DNA of 64,000 nucleotides from contig NOWV01000156.1 in the NCBI GenBank assembly GCA_003344405.1, forward strand, positions 1 to 64,000, read 5' to 3'. How positions within the stretch are numbered: the first letter of the stretch is position 1; each line of letters starts with the position of its first letter. The position numbers were made by a program, and so were the translations under genes. Shown here piece after piece: positions 35,944-49,374 of this stretch. The DNA is from Trichoplax sp. H2 (lineage: Eukaryota). The notes below the pieces were generated by a model that was given only the letters and a program-made list of their open reading frames with translations, was not told the origin of the DNA and made no database searches.

Positions 35944-37683
35944 TCAAGATAAATTGGATTGGCGGCAATCACTATGTGAGCTTCTACTTACTCCCGCCTC
36001 ACCATATATTGGCATATAAAATTTATGTTTAACTTGTTTATAAATTAATAATACAATTACTAAAATTATCGGCAGACCAAATGTAACAGATATACCGATG
36101 GCTTCAATTGGTACTACAGCATTACCACAAGTTGCTTGACTATTCTTGCGACATGGAATGTAATTATAGCCTACTTGTGACAAACTAGGAATATCAGTGA
36201 GGTATTGATAGGCTGAATTACAACATGGATCTTTGCAAGTAGATTGATACCCACAATCGCATTCTTCGCCTTCATCAATAATTCCATTGCCGCATAGAGG
36301 ATAATACGCTTGTGTTAAACATGGCCTTAACTGATCAATTTTTAAGATTAAATTTTGCTTAATTTCACTTCGACTACAAGTAGAAAAATGAAAATTGTTC
36401 CTTTTACTACCATCAACTAGTTTTTCATACATTACGTAATTGCCTTGATGATTATTAGGCGAACAACTTGATCCATTAGTATCATGCAAAGAACCAAATA
36501 AATGACCAATTTCATGAGCGATAGCAATTTCACGTGTTGCAAATGGAATGACATGATTTCGATCATTGATTGAAACAACAGCAACATTAGAACTAGCTAC
36601 ATGATGATCTTGATTAACGTAATAACCGGTACAGATACCTTCATTAGCCTTAAAGCCACTATTAGCCATTCCTAGGACATCTTTATCAAACTTTTGGCCA
36701 GTTAAATAAAGAGCTAAGCAAGAATCTGAATAATTCTTAGCCACAGTCAGTCGATTAAAGAATTCCACTGGATTATTAATTTTCGATAATATGTTTGAAG
36801 TTGTAGTGACTGTAGTTGATATTGTTGTAGAATTGAGATTGATACCAATCAACTCATCAGATAATCCAAACGTTAAATTTTTAATGGCTATACCAATTCC
36901 ATCTGCTTTGCCATCTTGATCAAAGTCAGTACGTCGATAAAGATGATTAACTCTTTGTACTAAAATAGCAACATCAGAAATAACATAAGCAAAGTTATTA
37001 TGATAATGCTGTAAAAATGTTCTATCGATATCAATATGAGCTAAGCACGTAGTATCATTCATAAGCAATGAAGTGATCTGATTATTTTGATTGATACTAG
37101 AAGTAGAAGTGGATGAAGCCGTTTGTTGATTATTCCCATCATTAGTATTGATTACTGATTTCTGCGAACCAATATCAATATCACGATAAATAAAGTACTG
37201 TTGCTCATCACTCCATTGATTGGCATATAATCCAATCCATTCTACGTAATAAACTGTTTGATTGGTATAAAATACGCCATGATAGCTACTCATTTCATCG
37301 ACATAACCATATGCATAAGAATGATCATCATCTTGTAAAGTTCCAGATACAAGGCGAAAACGATCAAACTGGCCAAAAAGGCCCGTTTCGCTTTCCTTAT
37401 CCACATTAGCTTCATTAATGAAAACTTTAGAATCAGTTTTTAAACTAAGTTTAAAGGTTGCATTAAAAGCATCAAATTGAATATGGATAGATTGTCCAGC
37501 TTGAATATTATCTAGTGGTTTATTGGAGAATTGGATAAATTGATAATATTTCAAATGTTCTAATTGAGGTGCCGAGGATTGCAATGATAACATTAAATTT
37601 AACCTTTGGCATTGTACTCTTGAGATAGAACATAGAAGAAGGATTGTAAAGCTGAATCGGTACAATGGGATTATAATAGCCAT
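35944..37683 (-). CDS. ADAM10/ADAM17-like membrane metalloprotease, intronless, truncated disintegrin region
   Basis: 579 aa. Signal peptide, prodomain, reprolysin domain with HEIGHLFGSLHD and Met-turn (GNYVMY, FSTCS), disintegrin start CGNGIIDEGEECDCG, TM helix IGISVTFGLPIILVIVLLIY, short tail. Confidence 0.93.
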   Translation of the reverse strand: MAIIIPLYRFSFTILLLCSISRVQCQRLNLMLSLQSSAPQLEHLKYYQFIQFSNKPLDNIQAGQSIHIQFDAFNATFKLSLKTDSKVFINEANVDKESETGLFGQFDRFRLVSGTLQDDDHSYAYGYVDEMSSYHGVFYTNQTVYYVEWIGLYANQWSDEQQYFIYRDIDIGSQKSVINTNDGNNQQTASSTSTSSINQNNQITSLLMNDTTCLAHIDIDRTFLQHYHNNFAYVISDVAILVQRVNHLYRRTDFDQDGKADGIGIAIKNLTFGLSDELIGINLNSTTISTTVTTTSNILSKINNPVEFFNRLTVAKNYSDSCLALYLTGQKFDKDVLGMANSGFKANEGICTGYYVNQDHHVASSNVAVVSINDRNHVIPFATREIAIAHEIGHLFGSLHDTNGSSCSPNNHQGNYVMYEKLVDGSKRNNFHFSTCSRSEIKQNLILKIDQLRPCLTQAYYPLCGNGIIDEGEECDCGYQSTCKDPCCNSAYQYLTDIPSLSQVGYNYIPCRKNSQATCGNAVVPIEAIGISVTFGLPIILVIVLLIYKQVKHKFYMPIYGEAGVSRSSHSDCRQSNLS

Positions 37684-40600
37684 ATTGGTAAAATTGCGTT
37701 AGCTTTAACACCAAATTGTGTTCAAAAGAAAAGAAGCTTACGGTTTAATATTTATCTTGCCTTGTATTAAACAAAATAGCTGAAGTAATTCAACATTTAA
37801 TTAGTATATAGTAACATATATATATATTACGCAAGTTTGAGGTATAATTGTATCATATGAAGCCGCATATAATGTTGAAATGACCTTTTAAATAGGCTAA
37901 TATCGTATATGGTGATTTTATTGTCGTATTTTTTGAAGAAGAAACTGCTCAACTTGGTTTGCAATCGTTAAATTTCATTAATCTCTTATTTGGCTTGATT
38001 TATAATAAAGCAGATCTTTCTAGTCAATATCAGCTAGAGAGAGGAACGTCTAGCTTTATGGGATGTACTAATTAGAAGCCAAATACATTAAAAATACTTT
38101 TATGCCCCAGTTAATCGGACTACCCCAGTAGAAGGCATTAGGTGTTATTTACCATACACTATGAAATCTAGGTGTTTTCTATAAATTCAATATCATTCAC
38201 GGCTTTAGTTCCAATAAATGTCTTTTCCGCGTTTCCAAAAATTAGATCAGAGTCTATGCACTGGTTTTAATAATTTTTACTTGCTAAAGTACTTCGTTAA
38301 CCATAATTGGCCTGCAAATCGCAAACAATAAGATGCAGAAATCTAGAAAGGTCAAATATGAAAAAGAGCATTTATTAGAAAAATATTGATCTAACTGAAC
38401 ACTTACTGCTTTCATGTAATCGACATTTTTGCTTTAATATTCTATTAGTTAGCGCCAATTGCATTATGAAATTAGAGAAGTAGTGATGTAACGTAGTATA
38501 TCAATTAAAAATATATTTTATAACATATCAACATTGGGCATTCACAAATGACGCTAGAGAAAATGAGCTAGATTAGGATAAATCATTGGAATTTCGGAAA
38601 TTATTTTAGGAGTAGAGAGCATTTCGATAATACTTTTAATTTACATTTTTATGAAATTTTTCTCTAGTTAATACAGTAACCCTAGTAGACAGGTTGATGC
38701 CTTTGTCAACAGTTTACTTGATCAAAATATATCCCATACCGCGCTGTCTGTACATACTGTTAGACTGATTGATTTTCCTTTATAAGGTCTACCAAATGAA
38801 GTAATGTTAGATATTTAAGTAAATAAGGGCAAATAATAAAATAACAGGCCTATATAATACTATCAAATACTTATGGAATAACAAGATATCTGTAGCGGAT
38901 TTGGCGCAAACTAAATAATTGTAATATAAAAGCTTTAACTGGACTCTTAAAATACTTGGAGTCGAAAATTATTTTTGGATGTTCCATTACTATAGCATGA
39001 ACATTACTATCATTATTATCGTCACAAATTTCTCTATAAGTACGTATTCAATAGCGAAATTTTATTGCGATATTATTAATCGTAGAAAGAAAAACTGAGG
39101 AAAGAAAACGATGGAAATATCCATAAAAGAACAGGACAGCTAATTAATCTCCTAAAATCAAAATACATAATAATTTACGGAGTTAAAGTAAATATTCACA
39201 ATCATTTATCGTTAACCTTCGAAGGAATATTAAAAATAAAACAAATGTACTCGTATCATCGCGTAATGGAAGCCAAGTTAGTATCAATGATTTGTAAAGC
39301 TAGTGATGATACTATAAAGTTAGAGTAATCATATAACTTCGTGTTAGTGAGGTCTATGTACGTACTACTCGCGTTTCGTTCCATCAATAGTTGACTAAGA
39401 ATTTAAAACATTTTTGAGTTTCAAAAAATAACTCTCATAATGTACTATAGCAAAATACAGTCGGGTACCTTGATTAAAAAGGCATCATTAGTATCCGTTG
39501 CCTATGATTAAGCTGTTTTAATCAATGGTAGATTATTTAAATCATCTCTAGATATAACGAAAATGATGGATATTATAGCAATAAACTATAGGCAACGTAA
39601 ATTATAGACTAGAGAATAAGTTTATTAATTGAAATTGGTATAATTTGCTGTACTGTTATTCTCTTAAGACTAAAAGATGTGCATTATTAAAAGCAAGCTT
39701 ACGCATATTATTATAATATTTTCCACGGAAATTGATACTTTCAGTTTGTATTAAATTATTTTCGCTGTAGATCTGATATTGCTGGAATATTCATGGGCTA
39801 CAAATTATAAATCGATATCTACATCCTAATTGTTGTTATTCATACACTTGAGAAAGGAATTCAAAGATCATTTTAAAATATCATGGGCACGCTATTCACA
39901 ACTAGGAATAATTTAAAGATTTAAAGAACAGGAATTTTATGAAGCCAGCTGTGTAAAAAATCCTTGCTTAAAAAAAATCGATAAAGTAAGTGATATCTCT
40001 TGCAAAGATATTCAGGTATTTCATGACAAATCATCACCAGCGCTAAGCTATTTTATCAAAATATCTATAATGATTAATAAAGTTGATGATGACGAATGAA
40101 TTCGTCATGATATAATAAAAATTGGCAAACTTTATGATGAATAGTGCAATTTTGGCGTTAGGATAGAAAAAATCAAGCGCAAACCTGAATGTTGTTAACA
40201 CTATAATGAACTGTCTTGTCCTAAAGCAAATTATGTTTTGTGATAGTCTTAATGATCCCGTATCAAAGTTTAATGTGGATCAATTTAATGCTACAAGAAA
40301 AATGGAAAATCACTCTTATACACGCCAAGCATACACGTAAAGACATCAAAGCTAGCAAGCGGAAACCATTAAATCCAATTTCTACTTCTCTATTAGTTGC
40401 GTACAATGATCAAAACAGGTTCTACTAAAGTAGTTCCTTGTCTTTATACCAAATTTACTATATCAGCTTATTATGATATTAAATTAAAGTAGAATGATGC
40501 TAGTTCCGTATATGTTAGTGATGCTACTAATTAGCCTAATTATGCCAATTACATCCGACCAGTTTATCTATTGTTACCGGCTGTTTACTATGTCATCTAG

Positions 40601-43600
40601 AAATTGATCATTAAATCTAACGACGACCAATGATAGGGATTCTATATTATTCGAGATAATCATGATAAGGCTAGCACCTGCACAGTATCGTGTTTACAAA
40701 GTATTCATTAAAAATGATTCCCACGCTGATAGAATAGTGCCATTAAGGGGTAGTGAAAATTAATACGTTCCGGCGTAACAATCATTACTAAGCCTCTCTA
40801 TGGCTTACGCTGTTATATTTGCAAATCAACTTATTACATAATACATTTGCAAATATACAAATATATGTAATAATCTGTACAAGATAACTATAGAATCTCC
40901 GACATCATACTATACTATTCTTATTTCCATCGAATGTCATTTTGTCATTATTAGATATCAGGTCTTATTTACGTATTTCATATAAAGCAGCATCGTCATT
41001 ACTTAGATACCTTAACGAAATATGTAAAATGTATGAAGTAAGTTAGCATCTTTCACCGCCTTAGAGAGTCCATATTATATTTATTTTGTGTAATAGTACG
41101 CAATTGTAATGACCGAGTAATAGTCTCCTACTATTACTGTAGGTTCACTTACGTAACCCAAAATTTGAATTAACAAATTTGAGTAAATCCCTAATGTATG
41201 TGATACAACTCTTATATTAGAAACAGTGCAAGTGCGCTGTTTCATCCTATTAGCCACCTACTGTACTACTAAAATTAGCTGAAAACATTACTGCAATTTA
41301 TTTAATAACATACACTGCAAAATGGACCTAAATATTGCAAACTTAATTGATAAAGTTACTGAAATCTAATAATTTTACGTAAATTTTGTAATCAATATGA
41401 TCACATGATTCTGGATTAACATAAATCGAATTGATAATTGCTTGTATACATGTACAATATCCTATAAATGACTACATTTCGGATTTTAAGCATGGAATCC
41501 ATTCAGAAAGATGTATTGCACACACTAAAAAGTAAACCGATCATAAAAATTAGAAGCTATTGCTGTTATGATAATATTTTGAAGGAATATATTCACATCA
41601 TCAAGAAGAATTACTGCTTTCTTAGCGATAGTGACCGAATAATCTTTTAATGTCATGTTAGTTAACATGAGTCGATATCTTGCATTAGATAGTTTGTCTG
41701 TGAAACTGTAAATTAAATAAAAATAGTTCTAGGATTTACTAAATAAAACTAAATTGAATTATCATCATTATTCTATTGAGTATCGCTTCATGGAGATTTT
41801 AATAAACTTGTTCTAGTCACTTACTGTATAATCAAAGGTCGATAAATAGTATAAAGGATTAGAGTTAGAACTAAATGGGAAGATTAATCTGGTAAATGAA
41901 TAAGTTTCAAGAGTATCTTTATTGCTTACATATATATGTATAATATACACATAATCATCTTAATAAGAGTAATGCGGAGGAGAGTACAGGATGATCAGCA
42001 ATTCCATATTGATATAGGCTAATGAAATGGCAGTTCAGCAAAGTGAGAAGAGGTTTTCACTCTCAATTTTATATCAATAAAATCTCCGTATTTTTACATA
42101 ACACTTAAATTGGAATTCTGCAAAGGCAAAGCTAATTCGTAAAGCAGATCAAACAAGAGAAGTACTGTACATGACAGTTATTTCCGATCTTCTCTGCTAT
42201 TGATTAATTAATCAATCTAACATAATTAACTATTAATTAGGATGATATCTTTGCCAAAGCCTGAGTGAGATCATATTTTTTTATTTCTCAATATCTAGTA
42301 TTCATTCGTCCAATTGAGAGAAAGATTATAACTTCCAATTTTAAGATAGCATCTAGTGTAAATTATGAGCTATTTGACGACTTATTTAGCTTGGATACCA
42401 CGCAACAACGATTTTCTCAGCTTTTGTTATCCCATTTAGAGCCGATTATAATCAGTCATATTAAAATGGATTTAAAACTAGCACTTATTGAAAACATGTA
42501 GGTTTTTTAAAGCTGCATATATGCAGTATATTGTAATAATAACCGCGGGCATCTTATAATTTTAAATCCTTATTATGTCATATACTGCTTGATCAGATAC
42601 TTGATCTTTCACGTATTACTTTGCCATCTTATATGGCAGCTATTTCCCTTATTAATTTTGCAAAATGATTGTATAACTAGTTATAATTAATTCCCAATCG
42701 AACATAATAATATCCTTACACCTTTTGGCATAAAAATGCGATTTACTTCTTATGAAAGCAATCCCATACCATTATTAATATAATTTGATTCTAAAATATA
42801 ACCCTTGAGTTATTTTTATTACGTAAACTACTGCATATGAGACATTTCTAGACAGATTAAATATCTAACTTAAATTTCACACTTGTAATGAACTTGCTGA
42901 GAATTATCCTCAGTTAATACTTCAACATTCGTATTGCTAACATGAACATCTTCGCTAGCAATGCAATCAGTTAATGTTATTTATAAGATAGAGGAATATA
43001 CAATATAACTCATACCGGGATATCTTATGAAAAAATGCATGTGTAGTATATTGTATCAAATTTATACTGTATTTTGCTAGAAATCGCAACAAATGGATGG
43101 AACTTATTATTTCTTTAATACATTGCAATTTAAAACCTATGGTTCCACCCGGTGCTGTTATAAAAACTTATTATACGTCTGTTAAGTAATTTTAACAGAA
43201 TTTCAATACTTTCTTGATCATGATACTTTCTATTTTGATATTATATAACTTCGAAAATATAGTAACTCAAAATTAGTTCAGGTCAAAAAGATAATCGCAC
43301 CGAACTGTAAAATATATTCATTTCCAAGATGTTTGAAAAATAAAAAATGATGTAACATTATTACCTGATATTAAAGCTAAGAACGCAAAAAATTTGAATT
43401 AATTAGATTAGACAGCAATGGCAGTTTTTAAAAATAGCAATGAGGAAGAAATATGAAGAAAGATGTAAGCAAGATTACGCTTCTATTAGCTTAAGGAAGC
43501 AAAGTTATAAACCTGGGTGATATTCTCTTTTATGGTAAATTTAAGTCTACTCGACCTCTTTTATCATATGTTTGTTTATTTATGGCTTTATGATAACCTC

Positions 43601-46600
43601 AAAAGCTACTATTATAGAAAAGACTAGAGTCAAAATATAAAGTAGTCAATATGATTACGTTAATTATAAATCGTAATATTTTCATTTGGATCGGAAAGAT
43701 CGCTGTATTGAGACTAATATTAGTATAAAGATTTACATGATTGATCTATTTCTTCTCTATTTAAGTCAATTTATATAGAAAAATGAGCCAACAACTTTAT
43801 CGGTTGGAATAATGGAAGTAGACAGTTTGCCTATTTCTACAACAATTTACTGGAAATAATTATTTGCATATAAGTATACAAACTCATATCACTCTCTTTG
43901 CGTTCGATGAGCAATCTACTACGATCGATTTTTTACTTTAACTTATTTCAAAAAATAATGAATTTCTATTTAAGTTAATATCGGAAGATTACTTCGGCCT
44001 TAGTATGATATATCTAAGAAAGAAAACGTTATGAATATCTCTTAACGGTGAAGTTAATACCGTACTTAGTACTTCTTGATCCCATATAAAGTAATTGAAA
44101 GAGAAGAGATTGAAAATAGAAAAGAATGTCGATAATTTAGAATCACAGCATTTGTGCTCATGTGCTCATATTAATAGATTTATGTGAATAAAACATTTGA
44201 TCGTAATATAGAAAATATGGTTTCAAAGAGAGTTCAATAGCATTGAAAAGGGTATAGATCGTGTAATTAATTCGGCAGTCTCTCATTTCTACATTTCTTC
44301 AATTTAAGGATCATAACTTTAGATATAGAATGTAAGGGTAGACAGCATTAAAAATTAAAATTGCTAAGGATTACCAATTTAACATCTTTGTATTAGTCTG
44401 ATGATAAAATAAAGTCGATTTTGAAGTAATAGTAAAGTAATTAGCAAATTTTATCGAAAATCCCTAATGCTATTATATTAAAGTTTAAGATAATTTTACG
44501 TTTAATTGAATCCGGTGCGATAGATACCTTAAGTGACAGAACTGGTAATTAATATGAATATTAACATTAAAATTATAACATAGTTAATCTACTCTAAGCA
44601 CCTTGCATTACTTACAGAGAATTAAGATCAGTTCTTTCTTTCTAATCCACTGAAATAGTTATTTTTATCGCGATTCTATTAAACTTGTTCGATTTTTACC
44701 ATTTCAATAATAAGCTGATTGATGCTTGTAGCACTATAGGTAAGCAGAAATAAATAGGAAAAGAAGTTAGAAAATGATCGTATTTTATTTGTGATCTCAA
44801 TTCATAACAAACTGTAGAAATTAAGTTTCAACGATGCGACATTAGATCAATAAAAATCAAGATTGTATTTTACCTTATCAGTTATATCTATTTAACGTAA
44901 ATCATTTTCGATTATCAGCCAATAGTGATTTTATTATGATATCCATTTAAGATTAAAAGTCTACTTCCTTGAAAAAATAACCATCGCTATGAGTAACCGA
45001 TACGATTATTATTTAACACAGCCGCTGCTTTAGGCAGATAAATGAATTTGTTTACCGTTATTGACTTATAAGCTACAACAGGGCTAAGTAAAGTCAGGAC
45101 TATAAAATCAATAACTACAACAGGATATAACTAACAATCAACAAATCACTTATTTGGTAGTAACTCCAGTCAAGGAAAGGTAATCTACTAACTGCCATAA
45201 CCAGTAAATTTGACCCATAAACCAGATGGGCTATGGCTGTTTGATCAAAAATGAGATAATTGTTAAGTAATAGAAGCAAATAAATTCAAAGAATGCTAAA
45301 GGTATTGTTTATAATTTTGGATAGTTATTGAAATCTACTCCTTCAGTTATGCCTTTGATGATATTATTCAATGATTTAATTATAACAAAATAATAAAAAT
45401 TTACTCTATCTATTGCACCTGCTGTTCATTAGTATGAAGAATAAAAGAATACAAAAAATCGACTATTAGTTTTACTATGACCTCTTTACTTTAGCTAAAT
45501 TTGCTTAAATATTAGCGGTATCCATTAATTATATAGCCAAGATTTAGCTATTTAGCGTATTAAAACTTTAAAATTAGTAAAATACAATATCAGAATGAAA
45601 TTTTAGGCTTAAATTGAAATTATAATTTAGCATGATAAGGGACTACTTGAAGTTATACATGAAAATGATATGATTGGAACATTTTATTTATGCGATTATT
45701 GAAAATGCGTGTATTGGATGATAAAATCGTGAGATTCAAGATTGGAAAATATAATATTGGTTTCTGTTTATGTAATAATAATAGTTTGATAGAATATGCT
45801 TAAAAATGGCTTTATTCTCGTCATTAACCATCTTGAATAAAATATATTTCATTTCCATCAACCTTTAACTGAAGAAAGTCACACCAATTTTAAGATGTCG
45901 TTTGATTTAATTAACTAAACTTTCTCTACAAATTCTATTAGCTTATTTTGATGAATGCATGAGAAAAATCTTCATCTTCACAAGTAAAAGGTACAGATAG
46001 GGATACATCAGCCTGTTAAATTTAGATAGACTATACATACCCTGTATGACTTTTAAGCATCAGAGGGAAAAAGAGTAGATGAAGAGGTAAATTAAAATTA
46101 AATCGTTGGCTCATTGTACAATGTTATAAGATTTTACAAATTTAAAAAAATAGCCATCAACTATCAACGATAAGTGCACAATACTGATAACTATGACTCA
46201 TTATTTTAGTGAAAATTATAATTGGTCTTTGGTTTCAAACTTACAATGTAAAAAGAAAAATTTCACACTGAAAGCAACTGCAGTTATTAGAACTACATGT
46301 TCAATTTTAGAGAAAAAATATCATTAATCATTTAAATATCAAATTAGAATCAATTAAGCCTACAAAAGGAAAGTGTGTAAGATTTACTTGGTGAGGTAAT
46401 CGTGCAGAATTATCATGTAGCTGATGTAAAAGTAACTTTTTAAAAAGCCACACCATCATTTGTAAGCCTATATGACACTATTGCAACAGTAATTATAATA
46501 AAAAACTTCTAGCTTCTATTTGAAATCACAAGCAATGAAATTCATTTAGGTACAAACAAGCCATTCAAAGAATATGATTTTGTCATAGTACTGGACATAA

Positions 46601-49200
46601 TTTCAATGATATAACCATATAAAAATTATAATTATCTTGTGTGAGGTTGATAGATCAAGAATCGTCAAAACTTTAGAAAATTAAGATTTATTGTACAAAA
46701 CCTCGTTTACGAAGGTACAACGTAATCGATTAGCTGAGGACCTCTAATTAGAAAGAACTCTCTTTTTATACTAAACTACTCGCTTATATACTTTTCCGCG
46801 TTTACAGACTTAGCACCTTTACTTACTACACACTTCAGTATTAGCATCTCAAATACAGGATAGTTTACACCTTTCATGCGAAGCTCTTGTGTGAGCACTG
46901 TAGTGCACCTCTTCAAAAGGATTACAGTTACTAAGCTAGCTATATTTAATACTTAAGTCTCTAACGAGAATATCTATCACATGTTGAACACAACACCTAT
47001 GGTAGACATTACTAAATATATCATCAACTTATAATACAATATCACACTGTCTTACACCTTGGCTGTCCACAGAATTGCTGATTATCATTACAATAATTGA
47101 GAACTACTGACCTGACCAATAACTTGTTTGCATAAAAGCCCTTCAAATATTTGTAAGTATACCTCTGTGAATAATCAAAGTGCCTTCAGAGCATTGGAGC
47201 TACAAATGGCATTTCTAATTGTATAGGTCATTTGATTGATCTGAATTAGAAGCATAGTGACACAATGCTGCAATCTTCACTATAGATATTACGTTTAATT
47301 GTATTTCTATCTGGCTACCAGCTGCGGTATAAAATTGAAACAACAATAAATTTATCCAATACTATATTAATGTTAGTATTAGATAACAATCATAACCTCG
47401 GTTTTAAACAAACTTAATTGGCAGATATAATTCGGAAATATCAGCTTACGGTAAATTCGATGATAAATTTGGTAGTATAATTGAATACCATTTGAATATA
47501 CCTGATATATTAGATTTAGATGAAGGATTATCAAGGCGATTAGAGGTAAAGCCAACTTTAATTCGAAACTATACATCTGAATAATAATACGTGAAGGATA
47601 CTGCAATCCTAAAATCATTTATATTTCAGCTAATTGTCAAGTAACCATATTTGGACGAAATCGTTCTTTAGTATCCTCTACATCTTAATGCAACTAATTT
47701 TAAGAAATCGAAATTTTTATTGCATATAAATGTTTGTGTGTACTAGTGTTAGATAGAAATTATTTGTGACGGATAAATGGCCGAAATATACATCTCGTGA
47801 TTTGATAAAATTTTATTTATTCTTGGGTAATAAAATATTTAAAATAGCTGTATATTTTTTAACTTATACCCATATTTTCAAATAAAAATGTAGAACATTA
47901 TTTTATTTATTGGATGAAACCGAAACATTTTATTTAAATCCATATATATTGACCTAATTCAATCAAACTAATCGATAATATATCATACACTTTTTATTGC
48001 AATATAAATCTTTATCAATGAAGGGATGTACACACCAAAATAAGATCTTATCATTAAGAATCAAGGACATTTTAATTGCTGCATACCCGATTATATCATG
48101 CGAAATGCAAAAGTCGTTTATGTGGTGTAAACAATATAGATAGTCCGTCAACAATAAAATTAAAGGCTATTGTCCTGAAGATTTTTATACAAGTTTATCG
48201 TTGGAAAATTGAAATTTTGTCGCTAGAGAGATAATGATCATAATCGATAAGAATTTAAAAAGCGAATGGATCTTAATGTTCTACTTAAATGTTAGATGAT
48301 GGCCACTGTTGTTAGGCTTAAATAGAAGAGTTAAATTCAGATAATTTATAATTGGATTAAATCGCACGCTAAAAATTTATTTTGCATTTCTTTAAGATAG
48401 CTCTTCAATGTTAGCGTTTTTTGAGTTTTCATACTATATTTTATCATCATATTTCTTGAAAGTTAAGTGTTCAGCATGTTAATTATAGCAATAGCTAAGC
48501 TATATTTGATAAGGACGATAATAATAGAAGGAAAAAATTGGAAGAGAGAGAAATGTTTACTCTAAATTTATAAAAGTGCTCCTTCATAATAGCTGATTTC
48601 GTTACGAGGTCAAAAAATCACTGCATTCAAATAATTGGCTAGATTGTTATTAACTAAGCCATATGAATATAATATTATATCGTTTACGGTAAAAGTGATC
48701 ATAATGGAAAGAAATTTTGAAAAAGTATGATAGATATCAACGCTACACTACAAAAGTACTACGGCATCATAATCCTAATATATAACTGCGATATCAGATG
48801 CTGCAGTAGATACTGTAGTAGTTAGATACAAGACGACGAACTAAAGCAAAAGCCAGAATCATATTCACTCTTTCATACAAGACGAATGCTCCCGAGGATA
48901 CGATATGACTGACGGTGGTGGAAAGATATTTTGGAAGTGAATAAAACATCTATACTGAATCTATAAATATCGTTTCAAAATTTGAATCGAGTTAGGTAAA
49001 TTTTGACAGATTAATGACGTAGTATGCATCCCTTTCCACTTTTTTATGTCTATCGATCTTTATCTTCATCAATTTGATCAATAACTTAATAAAATCAGCT
49101 GGAAAAGAATTTACAGTAAATATTATAAGGTCTTAAATTATGACAAATAAGGCGCTTAACTGAGATGCAGTGAACCGATAAAACATCCATATTAGAGGTT

Positions 49201-49374
49201 AATTTTCAAAAATAATACTAACCCCGTATTGCTTTAGTCATCATTCACAAAAATGTCATACAAATTATTAGTATCTACAAATATTAGCAATCAATTTTCA
49301 AAAATAATACTAAACTCGTATTACTTTAGCCATCGTTGACAAAAACGCCATACAAATTATTACTATCTACAAAT
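49201..49374. repeat. Two-copy tandem duplication, period 92 bp
   Basis: aattttcaaaaataatactaa...catacaaattatta.tatctacaaat at 49201-49282 and 49293-49374. Confidence 0.85.

Noticed and set aside
29347-37683. Bacterial horizontal transfer as the explanation for the intronless genes
   Set aside because: The proteins match animal HEXD and ADAM10/17 architectures and host base composition. Retroposition is simpler.
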